From: Armatimonadota bacterium
GTDB taxonomy: Bacteria; Armatimonadota; Armatimonadia; Armatimonadales; Armatimonadaceae
Assembly (NCBI GenBank): GCA_043754515.1
Contig: JAYUUO010000086.1
Coordinates: forward strand, 1-46,637
Length of the DNA: 46,637 nucleotides
Direction: 5' to 3'
Shown here: piece after piece, positions 9,815 through 19,626 of the stretch
How the letters are laid out: each line of letters starts with the position of its first letter
Numbering within the stretch: the first letter of the stretch is position 1
Notes under the pieces: generated by a model
What the model saw: only the letters and a program-made list of their open reading frames with translations
Told to the model about the DNA's origin: nothing
Databases searched by the model: none
Translations under genes and position numbers: made by a program

Positions 9815-10286
9815 AGTTTTTGTTCACCAGAGCGTGCGTACGCCCGTACGAGAGCCACTCGGACACGCTAACCGCGGCGACGGCGAATATAATCACCTGT
9901 GACATTACGCACCACTTGCAGATAGCATGGATCACATACAGCTCCAGGTAGGTCAGGCGAAGAGAGAACAGGGTGCCTGCGACCGCGCCGAGCACGATCA
10001 ACGCAAGTAGCGCATGATCCCCGGTGGACGATGTCCGCAGGGTGCGCAGGAAGGACAGCGTGGCGAATCCGATGTAGCCGAGGGTACCCCACCCCGCGAC
10101 CCAGAAGCCGTCCCCTTCGGGGAACCTGGCATATTTACTCGCCGCGACCATCTCGCAACCACGCGAGACCCCGCAGGGTATGTCGCCATGCGTCGAGTGG
10201 AGGAACCACAGGTATCCCGCCACGAACGCACCCAGCACGGACAGGATGAAGAGGAGTCGGTTAGCGAGGGGGTTGGTCCCGGTCAT
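9801..10286 (-). CDS. Vitamin K epoxide reductase (VKOR) family disulfide-bond formation protein
   Basis: Loop cysteines IPCGVSRGCEMV, a CKWC motif and TM helices. Overlaps the DsbA gene. Start set at ATG 10286, after AAAGG. Confidence 0.92.
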   Translation of the reverse strand: MTGTNPLANRLLFILSVLGAFVAGYLWFLHSTHGDIPCGVSRGCEMVAASKYARFPEGDGFWVAGWGTLGYIGFATLSFLRTLRTSSTGDHALLALIVLGAVAGTLFSLRLTYLELYVIHAICKWCVMSQVIIFAVAAVSVSEWLSYGRTHALVNKNYDNL

Positions 10287-10338
10287 GGCAAACCTTTCAC
10301 GGGTCGCGACGCGCACTGAATGGCGTGACGCCCCCGCG

Positions 10339-11469
10339 CTATTCTACCGCTTCATCCGGGTTTTCGTTCCCGCTTTCGTCCTCGTAGTACTCCGTCTCAT
10401 CCGGCTCCGGCGCGACATCGCCGAGGCCGAAGCGGGCAGCGACATCTGGGGCGTATCGCGCTAAGTCGCGCCTCAGACGGAGCAGGGCGAGGTCCTTCGA
10501 CTTCGCCTCGATCATAACGTCGAAGCGCGGCGTATCCGGCGCGTCCCCGAACGCGTCGCGCGCGAACCCGGCGAACTCGAACGGGTGAATGAAATCGGCA
10601 TGCCCCGTCCAGATGGGTTGCTGATAAAAAGTCGCGAGTTTGTTGGTCGCCTTGTCCTTGCGGCGCACCTCGCGCATCGCCGTGTTCGGCGACGAGAAGT
10701 GCATCTTCGGGCGTACCCCCGCCGCCCATGTTCGGAGGAACTTATGGAAGGTTGGCGTGACCTCCAGACGCTCCGGGTTGTTGCACCAGAAGTGCAGGTT
10801 GTCGAACACGAGCGGGACACCCGTCTCGTCGTGGATCGAGAGCACGTCGGCGGCGGAATAGCGGATGTCGTCGTTTTCGAGAACCAGTCGGCGTCGAACG
10901 GGTTCAGGCAAAGTCAGATACGTCTCGACCCAGCGTTCGCACCCGCTTTTAGGATCGCCGTACGTGCCGCCGACATGGATGATTAGCACCGCTTCCGGGC
11001 CCATTTCCATCGCGTCTAGGGTTTCGGCGGCGGCGGACAGGTCCTTGATGCTCTTCCCCACGAGAACCGGATCAGGGCTGTTCAGGATGATGTACTGCGA
11101 CGGATGCATCGAAAGCCGTATCCCGTGGTCGCGGGCGACTTTACCGAGGGCAGCCAACTCCTTCTCGCACCCGGCGATCTGCCCCCAGAACTGCGGCATG
11201 TCGGGATGCGTGGAGTACGGCGCGAGGTCGGACGACATGCGATACATGTTGATCTCGTTTTTGGCGAGGTACGCGAAGATCTCATGCAGGTAGCCAATTG
11301 TGACGGACAGATGCGGATCCGACTGCCAGCGGCGCGCGTCGCTCGCCTTCATGCCCCCGTTCCCTAGCACCTTCACGGCGAACCCGAGGCGTTGCGGCGC
11401 ACCGTCGGGAATCGTAACGGGGGCAGATGTCTCGTCACCAGGAGTAAAACTCGAAGTTGTCGTGCTCAT
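10339..11469 (-). CDS. uvsE: UV DNA damage repair endonuclease UvsE
   Basis: YRMSSDL, RLSMHPSQY, IIHVGG, LVLENDD, LVFDNLH, PKMHFSS, HADF and DVMIEAKSKD motifs. Confidence 0.95.
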   Translation of the reverse strand: MSTTTSSFTPGDETSAPVTIPDGAPQRLGFAVKVLGNGGMKASDARRWQSDPHLSVTIGYLHEIFAYLAKNEINMYRMSSDLAPYSTHPDMPQFWGQIAGCEKELAALGKVARDHGIRLSMHPSQYIILNSPDPVLVGKSIKDLSAAAETLDAMEMGPEAVLIIHVGGTYGDPKSGCERWVETYLTLPEPVRRRLVLENDDIRYSAADVLSIHDETGVPLVFDNLHFWCNNPERLEVTPTFHKFLRTWAAGVRPKMHFSSPNTAMREVRRKDKATNKLATFYQQPIWTGHADFIHPFEFAGFARDAFGDAPDTPRFDVMIEAKSKDLALLRLRRDLARYAPDVAARFGLGDVAPEPDETEYYEDESGNENPDEAVE

Positions 11470-11520
11470 GCCCCGTCTTTACCCAAAAACGGCGACGGCG
11501 TGGACATACGCCGCGCCCTA

Positions 11521-12306
11521 TCAGATGATCCCGTGGGAGACGGCGTAGAGGGAGACGGCCACGGCGACAAGAAATAAAACCGCTACGACCGCGATGACGC
11601 GTTGCCGCTTTATGAGTATCTCGCGCGACTTGAACCGGTTCCGGTACACCGCCGGGGCGTAATGGCCTATCGCGTCGGCGACGGCGGAAACAGCGGAGGG
11701 TTGCATTTTGAACAACGTCAGGTGGTGACCCTTGAATACCGATAGGCGGTACCACTTTTTGGGCTTCGGATTAAGCGAGTCGGTCAGTGGGATATGGTAC
11801 GCGATGTTCAGAAAGCGCAACGATTTATCCAGTTGCAGTTCGCGAAGGTCAGGCCAGGGCACGGTAAAGGCGAGCGGCTTGCGGTTCCGCTCGTTAAGAA
11901 CTCCGAGTGCCGCGGATGCCACCGAACACAATGAGATAAACCCAATGGATACCAGCCATGTATAGCCGGTCGCAGGTCGGTAGTGTTGGATGCCCACATA
12001 GCCGACGACTCCGAGCACTCGCCCGGCGGCACCAAGGAATGTGAGCCAGGGTACCGGCACATGCTGGAGGCCGCTGAAGTGCATTCCACTCTCGTCGAGG
12101 CGCATCTCGCCGACGCGGAACGGCGAGCGGGTCGCGCTCAACTTCGAGCCGAGTTTTGAGTACACCATGGCTCCGGCGTGAACCGGAACCACGCTGATCG
12201 GCGTGTGCCACTCGTTCCCGGTTGACGCATGGAAGGCGGGATCCTGATTCCCAGTCCCGGCCAGGACTGGGAGCGGCGCGTCCACGAACTTATTGGCATT
12301 CATCAC
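11521..12306 (-). CDS. Hypothetical membrane protein
   Basis: 261-aa ORF with about 3 hydrophobic helices; TATCAT lies 6 nt before the GTG start. Confidence 0.65.
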   Translation of the reverse strand: MMNANKFVDAPLPVLAGTGNQDPAFHASTGNEWHTPISVVPVHAGAMVYSKLGSKLSATRSPFRVGEMRLDESGMHFSGLQHVPVPWLTFLGAAGRVLGVVGYVGIQHYRPATGYTWLVSIGFISLCSVASAALGVLNERNRKPLAFTVPWPDLRELQLDKSLRFLNIAYHIPLTDSLNPKPKKWYRLSVFKGHHLTLFKMQPSAVSAVADAIGHYAPAVYRNRFKSREILIKRQRVIAVVAVLFLVAVAVSLYAVSHGII

Positions 12307-12378
12307 GACGCTATGATAGTCTGCTCACCGGTCCCGTGCCATACGGATCAGGTGCCAGAATACCGTGGTGGACGCGCG

Positions 12379-12408
12379 GCGGGAACCCGTCCTCTGTCCC
12401 GTTTCGTA
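12379..12408 (+). promoter_or_regulatory. Second copy of the putative ECF promoter GCGGGAACC-N16-TCGTA
   Basis: Exact match of both elements and the spacing to 4687-4716; lies 9 nt before GTG 12418. Confidence 0.55.
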
Positions 12409-12417
12409 AAGCGTGGG

Positions 12418-12825
12418 GTGAATAACGCGCCCGAAATCGCCTATAATCAACTACCGCTCGATTTGCCGCACGCCGGACGGATCGCGCTACGTCTATGCCG
12501 GGTGATACAGAACCGGGCAGAAGACTCAATCACGCCCGGTTATGAAGAGGCATGGGAACTGGCGGCGGAACTAAACGAACTGTTATTCCCGTGCCGCCAA
12601 CGGGATGAAGCATCGGCTACCGTGGCGGAGTCTGAAGCACTACGACAAGACGCGGCGGCACTCGGCCGCCGACTGGCCGAAGAGTTAGAGCGACATCGGA
12701 TCGGTGACGACCGGATCGGGCAGTGTGTCCGTAACCTGTTTGAGTGCCTTGAGATGGGGCGGGAGGGAGCGATGCTCTCGCTACGCGCGGGGGAAAACCC
12801 GCGCTCCTTACAGCGTCCGACGTGA
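12418..12825 (+). CDS. Small alpha-helical hypothetical protein
   Basis: The C-terminal part (EEAWELAAELNELLF...DDRIGQCVRNLFECLEMG...LRAGENPRSLQRP) looks protein-like. Start is uncertain (12418, 12463 or 12502). Confidence 0.6.
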   Translation: MNNAPEIAYNQLPLDLPHAGRIALRLCRVIQNRAEDSITPGYEEAWELAAELNELLFPCRQRDEASATVAESEALRQDAAALGRRLAEELERHRIGDDRIGQCVRNLFECLEMGREGAMLSLRAGENPRSLQRPT

Positions 12826-12945
12826 CGCGTTTCGCGCGGCTAATAGCCCGCCTCGTTGCAAGGGAACGCTCCGCCGTGCTATCATCACTTATCGGTCGTC
12901 GCCCGCCGTGTCGCCTTACGAGGAACAAGGAGTTTCCCCCAACTA

Positions 12946-15642
12946 ATGAAACACTCATCTACGCCCGTGACCCGCCTACCGCTGGCTGGTTTCTGTTCCG
13001 CGCTGATCACGCTCGGCATCCTGCCGACCGGAGCCGTATTCGCCGCCGTCCCCCTTTTACCCGGAGTTCTGCGCGTTTCCGCCGCGCCCGCCCTGATCGC
13101 CGCTGATGACAGCGCGAATGTTGACCCGGATTATCTGTATTTGCAGGCGTTGACTCAGCAGTCGGGCCGGTACCGGACCGCCGATGGGAGCAACTACCGC
13201 CGCGCGATCAAACTGTACGACGAAGCCCTGAAGCGGCGGAAGAACTTCTACGACGCGTTATATAACAAGGCAATCTGCTACTATCAACTGAAAAAGTACG
13301 ACGACTCTATCACACAGTCGAGCCGACACATCGGACTGCGCCCCGACATCATGCAGGCGTACTTGATCCGGGCGCAAGCCTACATCCAGAAGAAAGAATT
13401 CGATCCGGCCCTGAATGACTTGAACATGGTCGAGAAGAAGCGCCCCGATCTGATGGACTACCGTCTGCGCGGGAAGATCTACTACGCCCGCGAGGCGTAT
13501 CCCAAAGCCATCCCCGACTTCGAGAAATACGTCGCCAACAACAAGGACCGGCAGGGGCGCATCAACCTTTCCGCGATCGGCGCTTATCTGGATCTCGGCG
13601 ACGCGTACACGAAGGTGAGCGACCCCCAGAAGTCGGTGGCCGCGTACGGCAACTACATCTCGTCCTACCCAGACCCCGCCGTCGCCTGGGAGTTCCGGGG
13701 TGACAAGGAGTACGACAACCTGCCGTACGCGCTGGACAAGCGCGGCTCGGCTTACCTTGACGTCGCCCGCAAAGACGGCGACGCGAGCGCGCCGGAACTG
13801 GCGAAGGCAGAGGCCGACTTCCGCCGGTACACGGAGCTAGCACCGCAGTCGCCGGTCGGGTTCATCGGGCTGGGTAACGTGTCACTCCTGAAGCGGCAGT
13901 GGAGTCAGGCGGTTCAGACGCTGGAGAAGGCAGTCAGCCTCACCGGGGGGGCGGACGACACCGCGCTCGCCGCGCTGGGCGAGGCGCGCCGGTTACAGGC
14001 GGTTGACGGGGCGGGCACCGGTAGCAGTTCCGCGGGCGCGGAGGCGGTTGCCCTTGAGCGGTCCGCCTCCGAGTTTTCGGGTGCCCTGCTCAAAAACCCC
14101 AACAACACCCTCGCGTTGCGCGGTCGGGGGCTTGCGAACGCGAACCCGTCCGTCGGCAAGTACGCGGAGGCGGCAGGGGACTTCACCAGACTGCTCGCGG
14201 TGCTCCCGGCGGGCGATCCCGGAATCGCCGACGCATACTTCAACCGAGCCACCGTGTATCTGAACCAGACGCCGCCCGCCTACGACAAGGCGGTCCCCGA
14301 CTTCACGGCGGCGATTAGCGCGGACCAGAAGAACACCCGCGCTTACATCGGGCGCGGCGACGCCTACGCGAAACTGGGACAGTACCCCCAGGCGATTCAG
14401 GATTACGATGTGGTCGTGAACGGTGCCGGTGTGGACGACGCCTCGAAACTGAATGCGCGCCGCAACCGCGCCTACTCCTACATGCAGGTGACGCCGAAGC
14501 GGATAGACGAAGCGATCACGGACTTCACAGCGTACTTGCAGGCGAACCCTCAGGATAAAACCGTCGCCGACGCCCTGTTCAACGCACAACTTTCGGGCGA
14601 CGCGCCGAAAAAACTGACCGCGCTCAATGACCGCCTTAAGACCAGCCCGAACGACGCGCCGACGTACCTGCTACGCGCTTCAGTCTATGACTCGCTCAAG
14701 CGGTACGACGAGGCGATAGCGGACTACAAGAAAGTGACGATGCTGGACACACGCAATGCGAAGGCGTTCCAGAACCTAGCTTTCGACTACACCCAGAAAG
14801 GGTTCAGTGATCCGGCGAACGTGGACGGGGCGATCGTCGCGAACACCGGTTTGATCGCTTTGGAACCCACCAACGCAGTTTACCTGTTGGCTCGCGGCGA
14901 CCTGTACGGCGTCAAAAAGCAGTATCAGGAAGCGTCCGCCGACTACAAGAAGGCACTGGCGCAACTACCCGCGGGCGACGCCCGCCGCGCGGATGTCCGG
15001 TATCTGGTCGCGAACCTCGACCTCGCCTCCGGGAACAAGGCGGTCGCGAAGCAGGACTTCGACGCCTACTTCGCCGACGCGCAACCCGGCCACCCTAAGT
15101 ATGCCGAGGCTCTAGTACAGCGCGGCGACCTCCTTCGCGGGGACAAGAACTACGCCGGAGCCATCACGGATTACTCGAAGTATCTGACGGCGGTGCCCCG
15201 CGACGTGAAGGTATTGAAGGTGCGCGGCCAATCTTACCTGGATAGTGGCGATGAGGCGAAGGCACTCGCAGACTTCGAGGCGGCAGCCGCTACTACTCCG
15301 GACGCCGAAGCACTAACCCTCGCGGGTTCCCTGTACTACACACAGGCCGGGAAACTGGCTTCCAGCGATCCGGACAAGGCCATCCCCCTTTACAAGAAGG
15401 CGATTGACTACGCGAACCGAGCCAGCGGCGCGGACAACACCTACGCGGGTGCCTACTACTTTAAGGGGCTCGCGCTCGCGGAGGACGCGGACATTGATAA
15501 CCTGACACCCGCCGCGCAGAAGGCACAGCGACAGGACGCGCTCGCGCTCCTAGTCAAGTTCGTCCAACTCGCGCCGGACAACCCGCAGACACCGAACGCG
15601 AAAGCAGTCGCCGCGAAATTAACTAAAGTGATCGGCGGATAG
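12946..15642 (+). CDS. Secreted multi-TPR protein (about 900 aa)
   Basis: AAGGAG RBS, signal peptide and many TPR units (AYFNRA, AYIGRGDAY, AIADY). Confidence 0.92.
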   Translation: MKHSSTPVTRLPLAGFCSALITLGILPTGAVFAAVPLLPGVLRVSAAPALIAADDSANVDPDYLYLQALTQQSGRYRTADGSNYRRAIKLYDEALKRRKNFYDALYNKAICYYQLKKYDDSITQSSRHIGLRPDIMQAYLIRAQAYIQKKEFDPALNDLNMVEKKRPDLMDYRLRGKIYYAREAYPKAIPDFEKYVANNKDRQGRINLSAIGAYLDLGDAYTKVSDPQKSVAAYGNYISSYPDPAVAWEFRGDKEYDNLPYALDKRGSAYLDVARKDGDASAPELAKAEADFRRYTELAPQSPVGFIGLGNVSLLKRQWSQAVQTLEKAVSLTGGADDTALAALGEARRLQAVDGAGTGSSSAGAEAVALERSASEFSGALLKNPNNTLALRGRGLANANPSVGKYAEAAGDFTRLLAVLPAGDPGIADAYFNRATVYLNQTPPAYDKAVPDFTAAISADQKNTRAYIGRGDAYAKLGQYPQAIQDYDVVVNGAGVDDASKLNARRNRAYSYMQVTPKRIDEAITDFTAYLQANPQDKTVADALFNAQLSGDAPKKLTALNDRLKTSPNDAPTYLLRASVYDSLKRYDEAIADYKKVTMLDTRNAKAFQNLAFDYTQKGFSDPANVDGAIVANTGLIALEPTNAVYLLARGDLYGVKKQYQEASADYKKALAQLPAGDARRADVRYLVANLDLASGNKAVAKQDFDAYFADAQPGHPKYAEALVQRGDLLRGDKNYAGAITDYSKYLTAVPRDVKVLKVRGQSYLDSGDEAKALADFEAAAATTPDAEALTLAGSLYYTQAGKLASSDPDKAIPLYKKAIDYANRASGADNTYAGAYYFKGLALAEDADIDNLTPAAQKAQRQDALALLVKFVQLAPDNPQTPNAKAVAAKLTKVIGG

Positions 15643-15654
15643 ATGGTCGCCTTG

Positions 15655-15689
15655 CCGTGACGCGCGGATGATGCGCCCGCGCGTCACGG
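15655..15689. terminator. Perfect 13-bp hairpin between the two TPR genes
   Basis: CCGTGACGCGCGG-atgatgcgc-CCGCGCGTCACGG with only a weak U-tract; either a terminator or a stability element. Confidence 0.55.
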
Positions 15690-15876
15690 AACAGGTTTCT
15701 GAGTCGTTGCTTGATTAATGTGGGCAGAGCCACTTTCCGGGGTGGCCAATATCACACCACATCGGTGGAAAAATGCCGGTTTGTTCGCCTATAATATACC
15801 GGCAATCGCCGCACAACCTAGCTTGATACGCGCTCCGTCGGGGATCCCCCCGTCAGCGCAGGAGATAAGACATTTC

Positions 15877-18399
15877 ATGTTGCCGTTGAACCGTATTTCT
15901 CGCGCGGGTAACGCCCCGCTAACCACGTTACTGACTGCCTTCGGTGCCGCGATCATCTTCGCCGGGACGTCCGGCGGCGCATGGGCACACCCGCTGTTAC
16001 CCGGTACCACCGTCATTCCATCCGGCCTTCTCGTCGGACAGGCCGGGACCGAAGCCGACGCCGAAGCGGCGGTCGCGGCGGGTGACCCCGCGAAAGCGAT
16101 CAGCCTTTATTCTTCAATGATCCAGGCGACGCCGAAGAAGAACAAGTTGTACCTCGGGCGCGGTATCGCCTACTTCAAGGCCAAACAGTACGACAAGGCG
16201 GCGGGCGATTTCGGGCAGTTCATCACGCTCCGCCCCGCCCTGATCGAGGGCTATCTCAACCGCGCCTACGCCTATAAAGAACTCGGCAAGGCGGGCGAAG
16301 GTCTCGCGGATTTGGCCAAAGTGCAGTCGCTAGATGCCGACAAGGTGGACGAGAAACTGCGCGGCGATCTGTATCTGGTTAAAAAAGACTACGCGAGCGC
16401 GATCGGATCGTACAACAAGGTCGGTGCCAAGGGGGGGGAGAGTGGCGCGATAGCGTTCCTGCTGATCGGCGACGCCTACGCGGCTCAGAACGACGCCGCG
16501 AACGCGATCACCAGCTACAGCAAGGGCATCGCGGGCGCGCCGAAGAACCCATATGGTTACGCACAACGCGGCAGGCTTTATGTCAAGGATGCGAAGTATG
16601 CCCCCGCTATCAAGGATTTGACGCAGTACATCGCGTTGTCACCGGGCGAGTCGTACGGCTACTATCTGCGCGGCCTCGCCAACGTATCCCTGAAAACGCC
16701 CGAAGGGTACGCCGCCGCGAAAAGCGACCTGACGAGGTATCTGACGCTGGAGAGAGACCCGGTAGCCAACCTCGGCGGCGTCAAGTTGCTGGCCGTCGCG
16801 CAGGCACAGACCGGCGACGTGAAAGGCTCGATAGACTCGTACGGCAAGATCATCGCCGCCGACAAAAAGAACGGCGACGCGACGTTCCAACGCGGCATGG
16901 CATACATGACCCTCAAAGACTATCAGAACGCCATCAAGGACTTCCAGACCTACACTACGGCGTTCGGCGGCGGGCCGAACGCCGGGGACGCGGCGTACAA
17001 CCTCGGCACCGCTTATCTCAACACGAAGGATTACGAAAAGGCGGCACCCGCTTACACGGCGGCTGTCAAGGCGAACGGCAAAGACACCGCGTCGTATTAT
17101 GGGCGGCTCGTCGCCTACTACTCGCTCAAGGAATACGAGAAGGCCATCCCCGACGCGGACGCGGTGATCAGCACGGGCGACCCTAAGTCCGATGAAGTAG
17201 CTGACGCGTACCTGAAGCAGGGTTCCGCCTATAGCGAGCTTGCCAAGTCGAAGAAGGACAAGAGCCTGGGTGTCAAGGCAATCGCCGCGATGAAAAAATA
17301 CATCGCGCTCAAGCCGAAAGACACGGCGAACGCGCAGTTTTACCGCGACCTTGTGACCCTGTATAGCGACCCCGCAAACCTGATCATCGAACTGACCAAG
17401 ATGCTGACACCGCCGCCGACGGACGCGAAAGCCGCCGCCGACATTTATTACAACCGGGGTGCCGCGTACGCGTCAAACAAAGACTACGCGAAGGCCGTAG
17501 CCGACTTTACGAAGGTCACCGCACTCACCCCGAACGATAAGGACGTCTACATCACGCTCGCGCAGACGCAATTCGTGGCAAGCGATATAGACGGCGCGAT
17601 CGCATCCTACACCAAGGCGATCGCGCTTAACCCGGATAAGGCGGAACTGGTCGCCGCGCGCGCGGACTTGTATATCGGCAAAGGGGATCAGGCGTCTTTC
17701 GCGAAAGCCGACGCCGACCTGACCGCCTACGAAGCGAAGGCAGGCAACAAGGTGGAGCCTCTTATTTTGCTTTCCCACGCCCAAATCAAGCGTGCCCTAG
17801 GCAAGACCGACGCGGCGATAGCCCTGTATCTACGCCATCAGGCGGTGGAGAAAGACCCGGTACAACTCGCGCAGTCCACCAAGGAATTGGGCGGGGTTTA
17901 CTTCTTCAAGCCGGACTATCCGAACGCGATCAAGACATACACCGAGTTCCTAAAGAACAACAAGGATGCCGGAGTGTTGGTCAACCGGGCGACCGCGTAC
18001 CGGCTGACGAAGGACGTTGACAAGGCGATGGCGGACGCGAACGCCGCGCTCGCGGTGAAGCCAGGCAACGCGGCGGCACTGACCGAGCGCGGCCTGATCA
18101 ACAACAAGATCGGCGACAACGTCGGTGACGCGGACCCGGACAAGGCGGGTGCCGCTTGGGACGCGGCGATCGCGGACAGCGACAAGGCGATCGCGGCGAA
18201 CCCGAAGGTAGCACTGGCCTACTACTGCAAGGGCTTCGCCGCTTATAAGAACGCCGGCACCCTCGGCAAAGGCGACGCGAAGACATATAACCCCATCGCG
18301 CTCGACGCCCTGACCAAGTTCCTGGCGACCACGACGCCGACCGACCCGCTACGCAAATCGGCGCAGGACGCGATCGCGGGAATTAAATCCGGCAACTAA
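15877..18399 (+). CDS. Secreted multi-TPR protein, paralog of 12946..15642
   Basis: GGAG RBS, signal peptide (AWA-HPLLPG) and tandem TPRs; TATAAT near 15790. Confidence 0.92.
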   Translation: MLPLNRISRAGNAPLTTLLTAFGAAIIFAGTSGGAWAHPLLPGTTVIPSGLLVGQAGTEADAEAAVAAGDPAKAISLYSSMIQATPKKNKLYLGRGIAYFKAKQYDKAAGDFGQFITLRPALIEGYLNRAYAYKELGKAGEGLADLAKVQSLDADKVDEKLRGDLYLVKKDYASAIGSYNKVGAKGGESGAIAFLLIGDAYAAQNDAANAITSYSKGIAGAPKNPYGYAQRGRLYVKDAKYAPAIKDLTQYIALSPGESYGYYLRGLANVSLKTPEGYAAAKSDLTRYLTLERDPVANLGGVKLLAVAQAQTGDVKGSIDSYGKIIAADKKNGDATFQRGMAYMTLKDYQNAIKDFQTYTTAFGGGPNAGDAAYNLGTAYLNTKDYEKAAPAYTAAVKANGKDTASYYGRLVAYYSLKEYEKAIPDADAVISTGDPKSDEVADAYLKQGSAYSELAKSKKDKSLGVKAIAAMKKYIALKPKDTANAQFYRDLVTLYSDPANLIIELTKMLTPPPTDAKAAADIYYNRGAAYASNKDYAKAVADFTKVTALTPNDKDVYITLAQTQFVASDIDGAIASYTKAIALNPDKAELVAARADLYIGKGDQASFAKADADLTAYEAKAGNKVEPLILLSHAQIKRALGKTDAAIALYLRHQAVEKDPVQLAQSTKELGGVYFFKPDYPNAIKTYTEFLKNNKDAGVLVNRATAYRLTKDVDKAMADANAALAVKPGNAAALTERGLINNKIGDNVGDADPDKAGAAWDAAIADSDKAIAANPKVALAYYCKGFAAYKNAGTLGKGDAKTYNPIALDALTKFLATTTPTDPLRKSAQDAIAGIKSGN

Positions 18400-18421
18400 G
18401 GCGGACGCGGTGACAGAACTA

Positions 18422-18451
18422 CCCCGGCCCGACCTCTAGCCGGGGCGTTTT
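18422..18451 (+). terminator. Rho-independent terminator
   Basis: CCCCGGC...GCCGGGG stem followed by CGTTTT after the TPR gene. Confidence 0.6.
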
Positions 18452-18500
18452 CATGCCGCTTCCGCCATTCCCGCGCCCTCGCGTGGCGGGCACAATCTCG

Positions 18501-18586
18501 GCCCCCCGCGTGCGCGACGTGGGGGGACTGTTTAATACTATGGCATTCCGCTATACCCTCGCCCCCCGCGTGCGCGGCGCGGGGTA
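18501..18586. repeat. Two direct copies of a GC-rich palindromic unit, 60 bp apart
   Basis: GCCCCCCGCGTGCGCGACGTGGGGGG at 18501 and GCCCCCCGCGTGCGCGGCGCGGGG at 18561. Confidence 0.6.
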
Positions 18587-18653
18587 CATCGCACGGCAGA
18601 GCGTTTGAGCGATAATTTAGCCATCCCGAACTTTTCGTGTTAGAATGTATACC

Positions 18654-19622
18654 GTGGCACTGAACGCTCAAATTGACGAATCCCCGCCAGATCTCACCCA
18701 CGGTGGTCGCGGGCGACACTGGGGCGTGACCGAGTTTAAGCAATTTTTTCACGACGAGAGGCACTGGCTCCTGCTGATCGTGCCCCTCTTGATTAGTCTT
18801 TTCGGGCCAATACAGTGGCTGGCGCAACAGTGGAGCATGTCTAGCGACGCGCTCGGGTTTCAGCCGTTCGTCCCGCTCGGCGTGGGTTACCTAATTTGGG
18901 CGGAGCGCGACGCGACCGCTTCCACTTATCACGGCCTCGCAAGCATCTACCCGGAAGGACACAGTTCGCGACGCGGGACGCCTTTCATCGCCTACATAGG
19001 TTGCGCGATCCTCTTCGTCTCGTACATAACCACGATCGGCATGATCGCGGTGGTCGGGTTTTGGGTTTGCGTCATCGGCATCCTCCTCCACGTTTACGGG
19101 TTTACCGTGCTGAGGACGCTGTGGCGACCTTTCTTGTTCGCGGCTACCATGGTTCCGATCCCCGGTAGTATCATAGACGCGGCGACCAGCCGCCTACAAC
19201 TCGGTTGCGCGACCGCGGCGGGTGCCCTCCTGAAGGTAATCTATCCGCAGACGCACACGCTGGGCAACTTCATCACCGTCGGTCAGTACACGGCGCAGGT
19301 AAGCGGGCCTTGTAGCGGCGTCGGCATATTGCTTCCGGTGTTGGTGTTGACCCTGTTCCTCGCGCTGTTGCGCAAGATCCGATGGCCGCTCGCGCTGATT
19401 CTGCTCGGTTGTTCGGCGGGCATCGCGCTATTCATGAACACGATCCGCATCGTCATCATGGGGCTGATCGGCGTTCAGAATCCCGGACTCGCGAGCAACC
19501 TGCACGACGCGAACTCCTGGGTTTTCACTGCTCTGGCGTTTTACCTGACCTTTCTGCTAGCGCGACGTATCGGGCCGCGCACGCAATACGTCGAAGACGA
19601 TTTACCACCGGACGAAGAGTAA
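18654..19622 (+). CDS. Exosortase/archaeosortase family protein with intact catalytic residues
   Basis: Multi-TM protein; VSGPCSG (Cys), MNTIRI (Arg), NLHD (His), F..MVPIP. Start is ATG 18645 or GTG 18654 (7 nt after TG-n-TAGAAT). Confidence 0.92.
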   Translation: MALNAQIDESPPDLTHGGRGRHWGVTEFKQFFHDERHWLLLIVPLLISLFGPIQWLAQQWSMSSDALGFQPFVPLGVGYLIWAERDATASTYHGLASIYPEGHSSRRGTPFIAYIGCAILFVSYITTIGMIAVVGFWVCVIGILLHVYGFTVLRTLWRPFLFAATMVPIPGSIIDAATSRLQLGCATAAGALLKVIYPQTHTLGNFITVGQYTAQVSGPCSGVGILLPVLVLTLFLALLRKIRWPLALILLGCSAGIALFMNTIRIVIMGLIGVQNPGLASNLHDANSWVFTALAFYLTFLLARRIGPRTQYVEDDLPPDEE

Positions 19623-19626
19623 ACAC

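Noticed and set aside
18501..18590. Repeat-spacer-repeat with a 60-bp period, as a possible mini CRISPR
   Set aside because: There are only two imperfect copies, no cas genes and no AT-rich leader.
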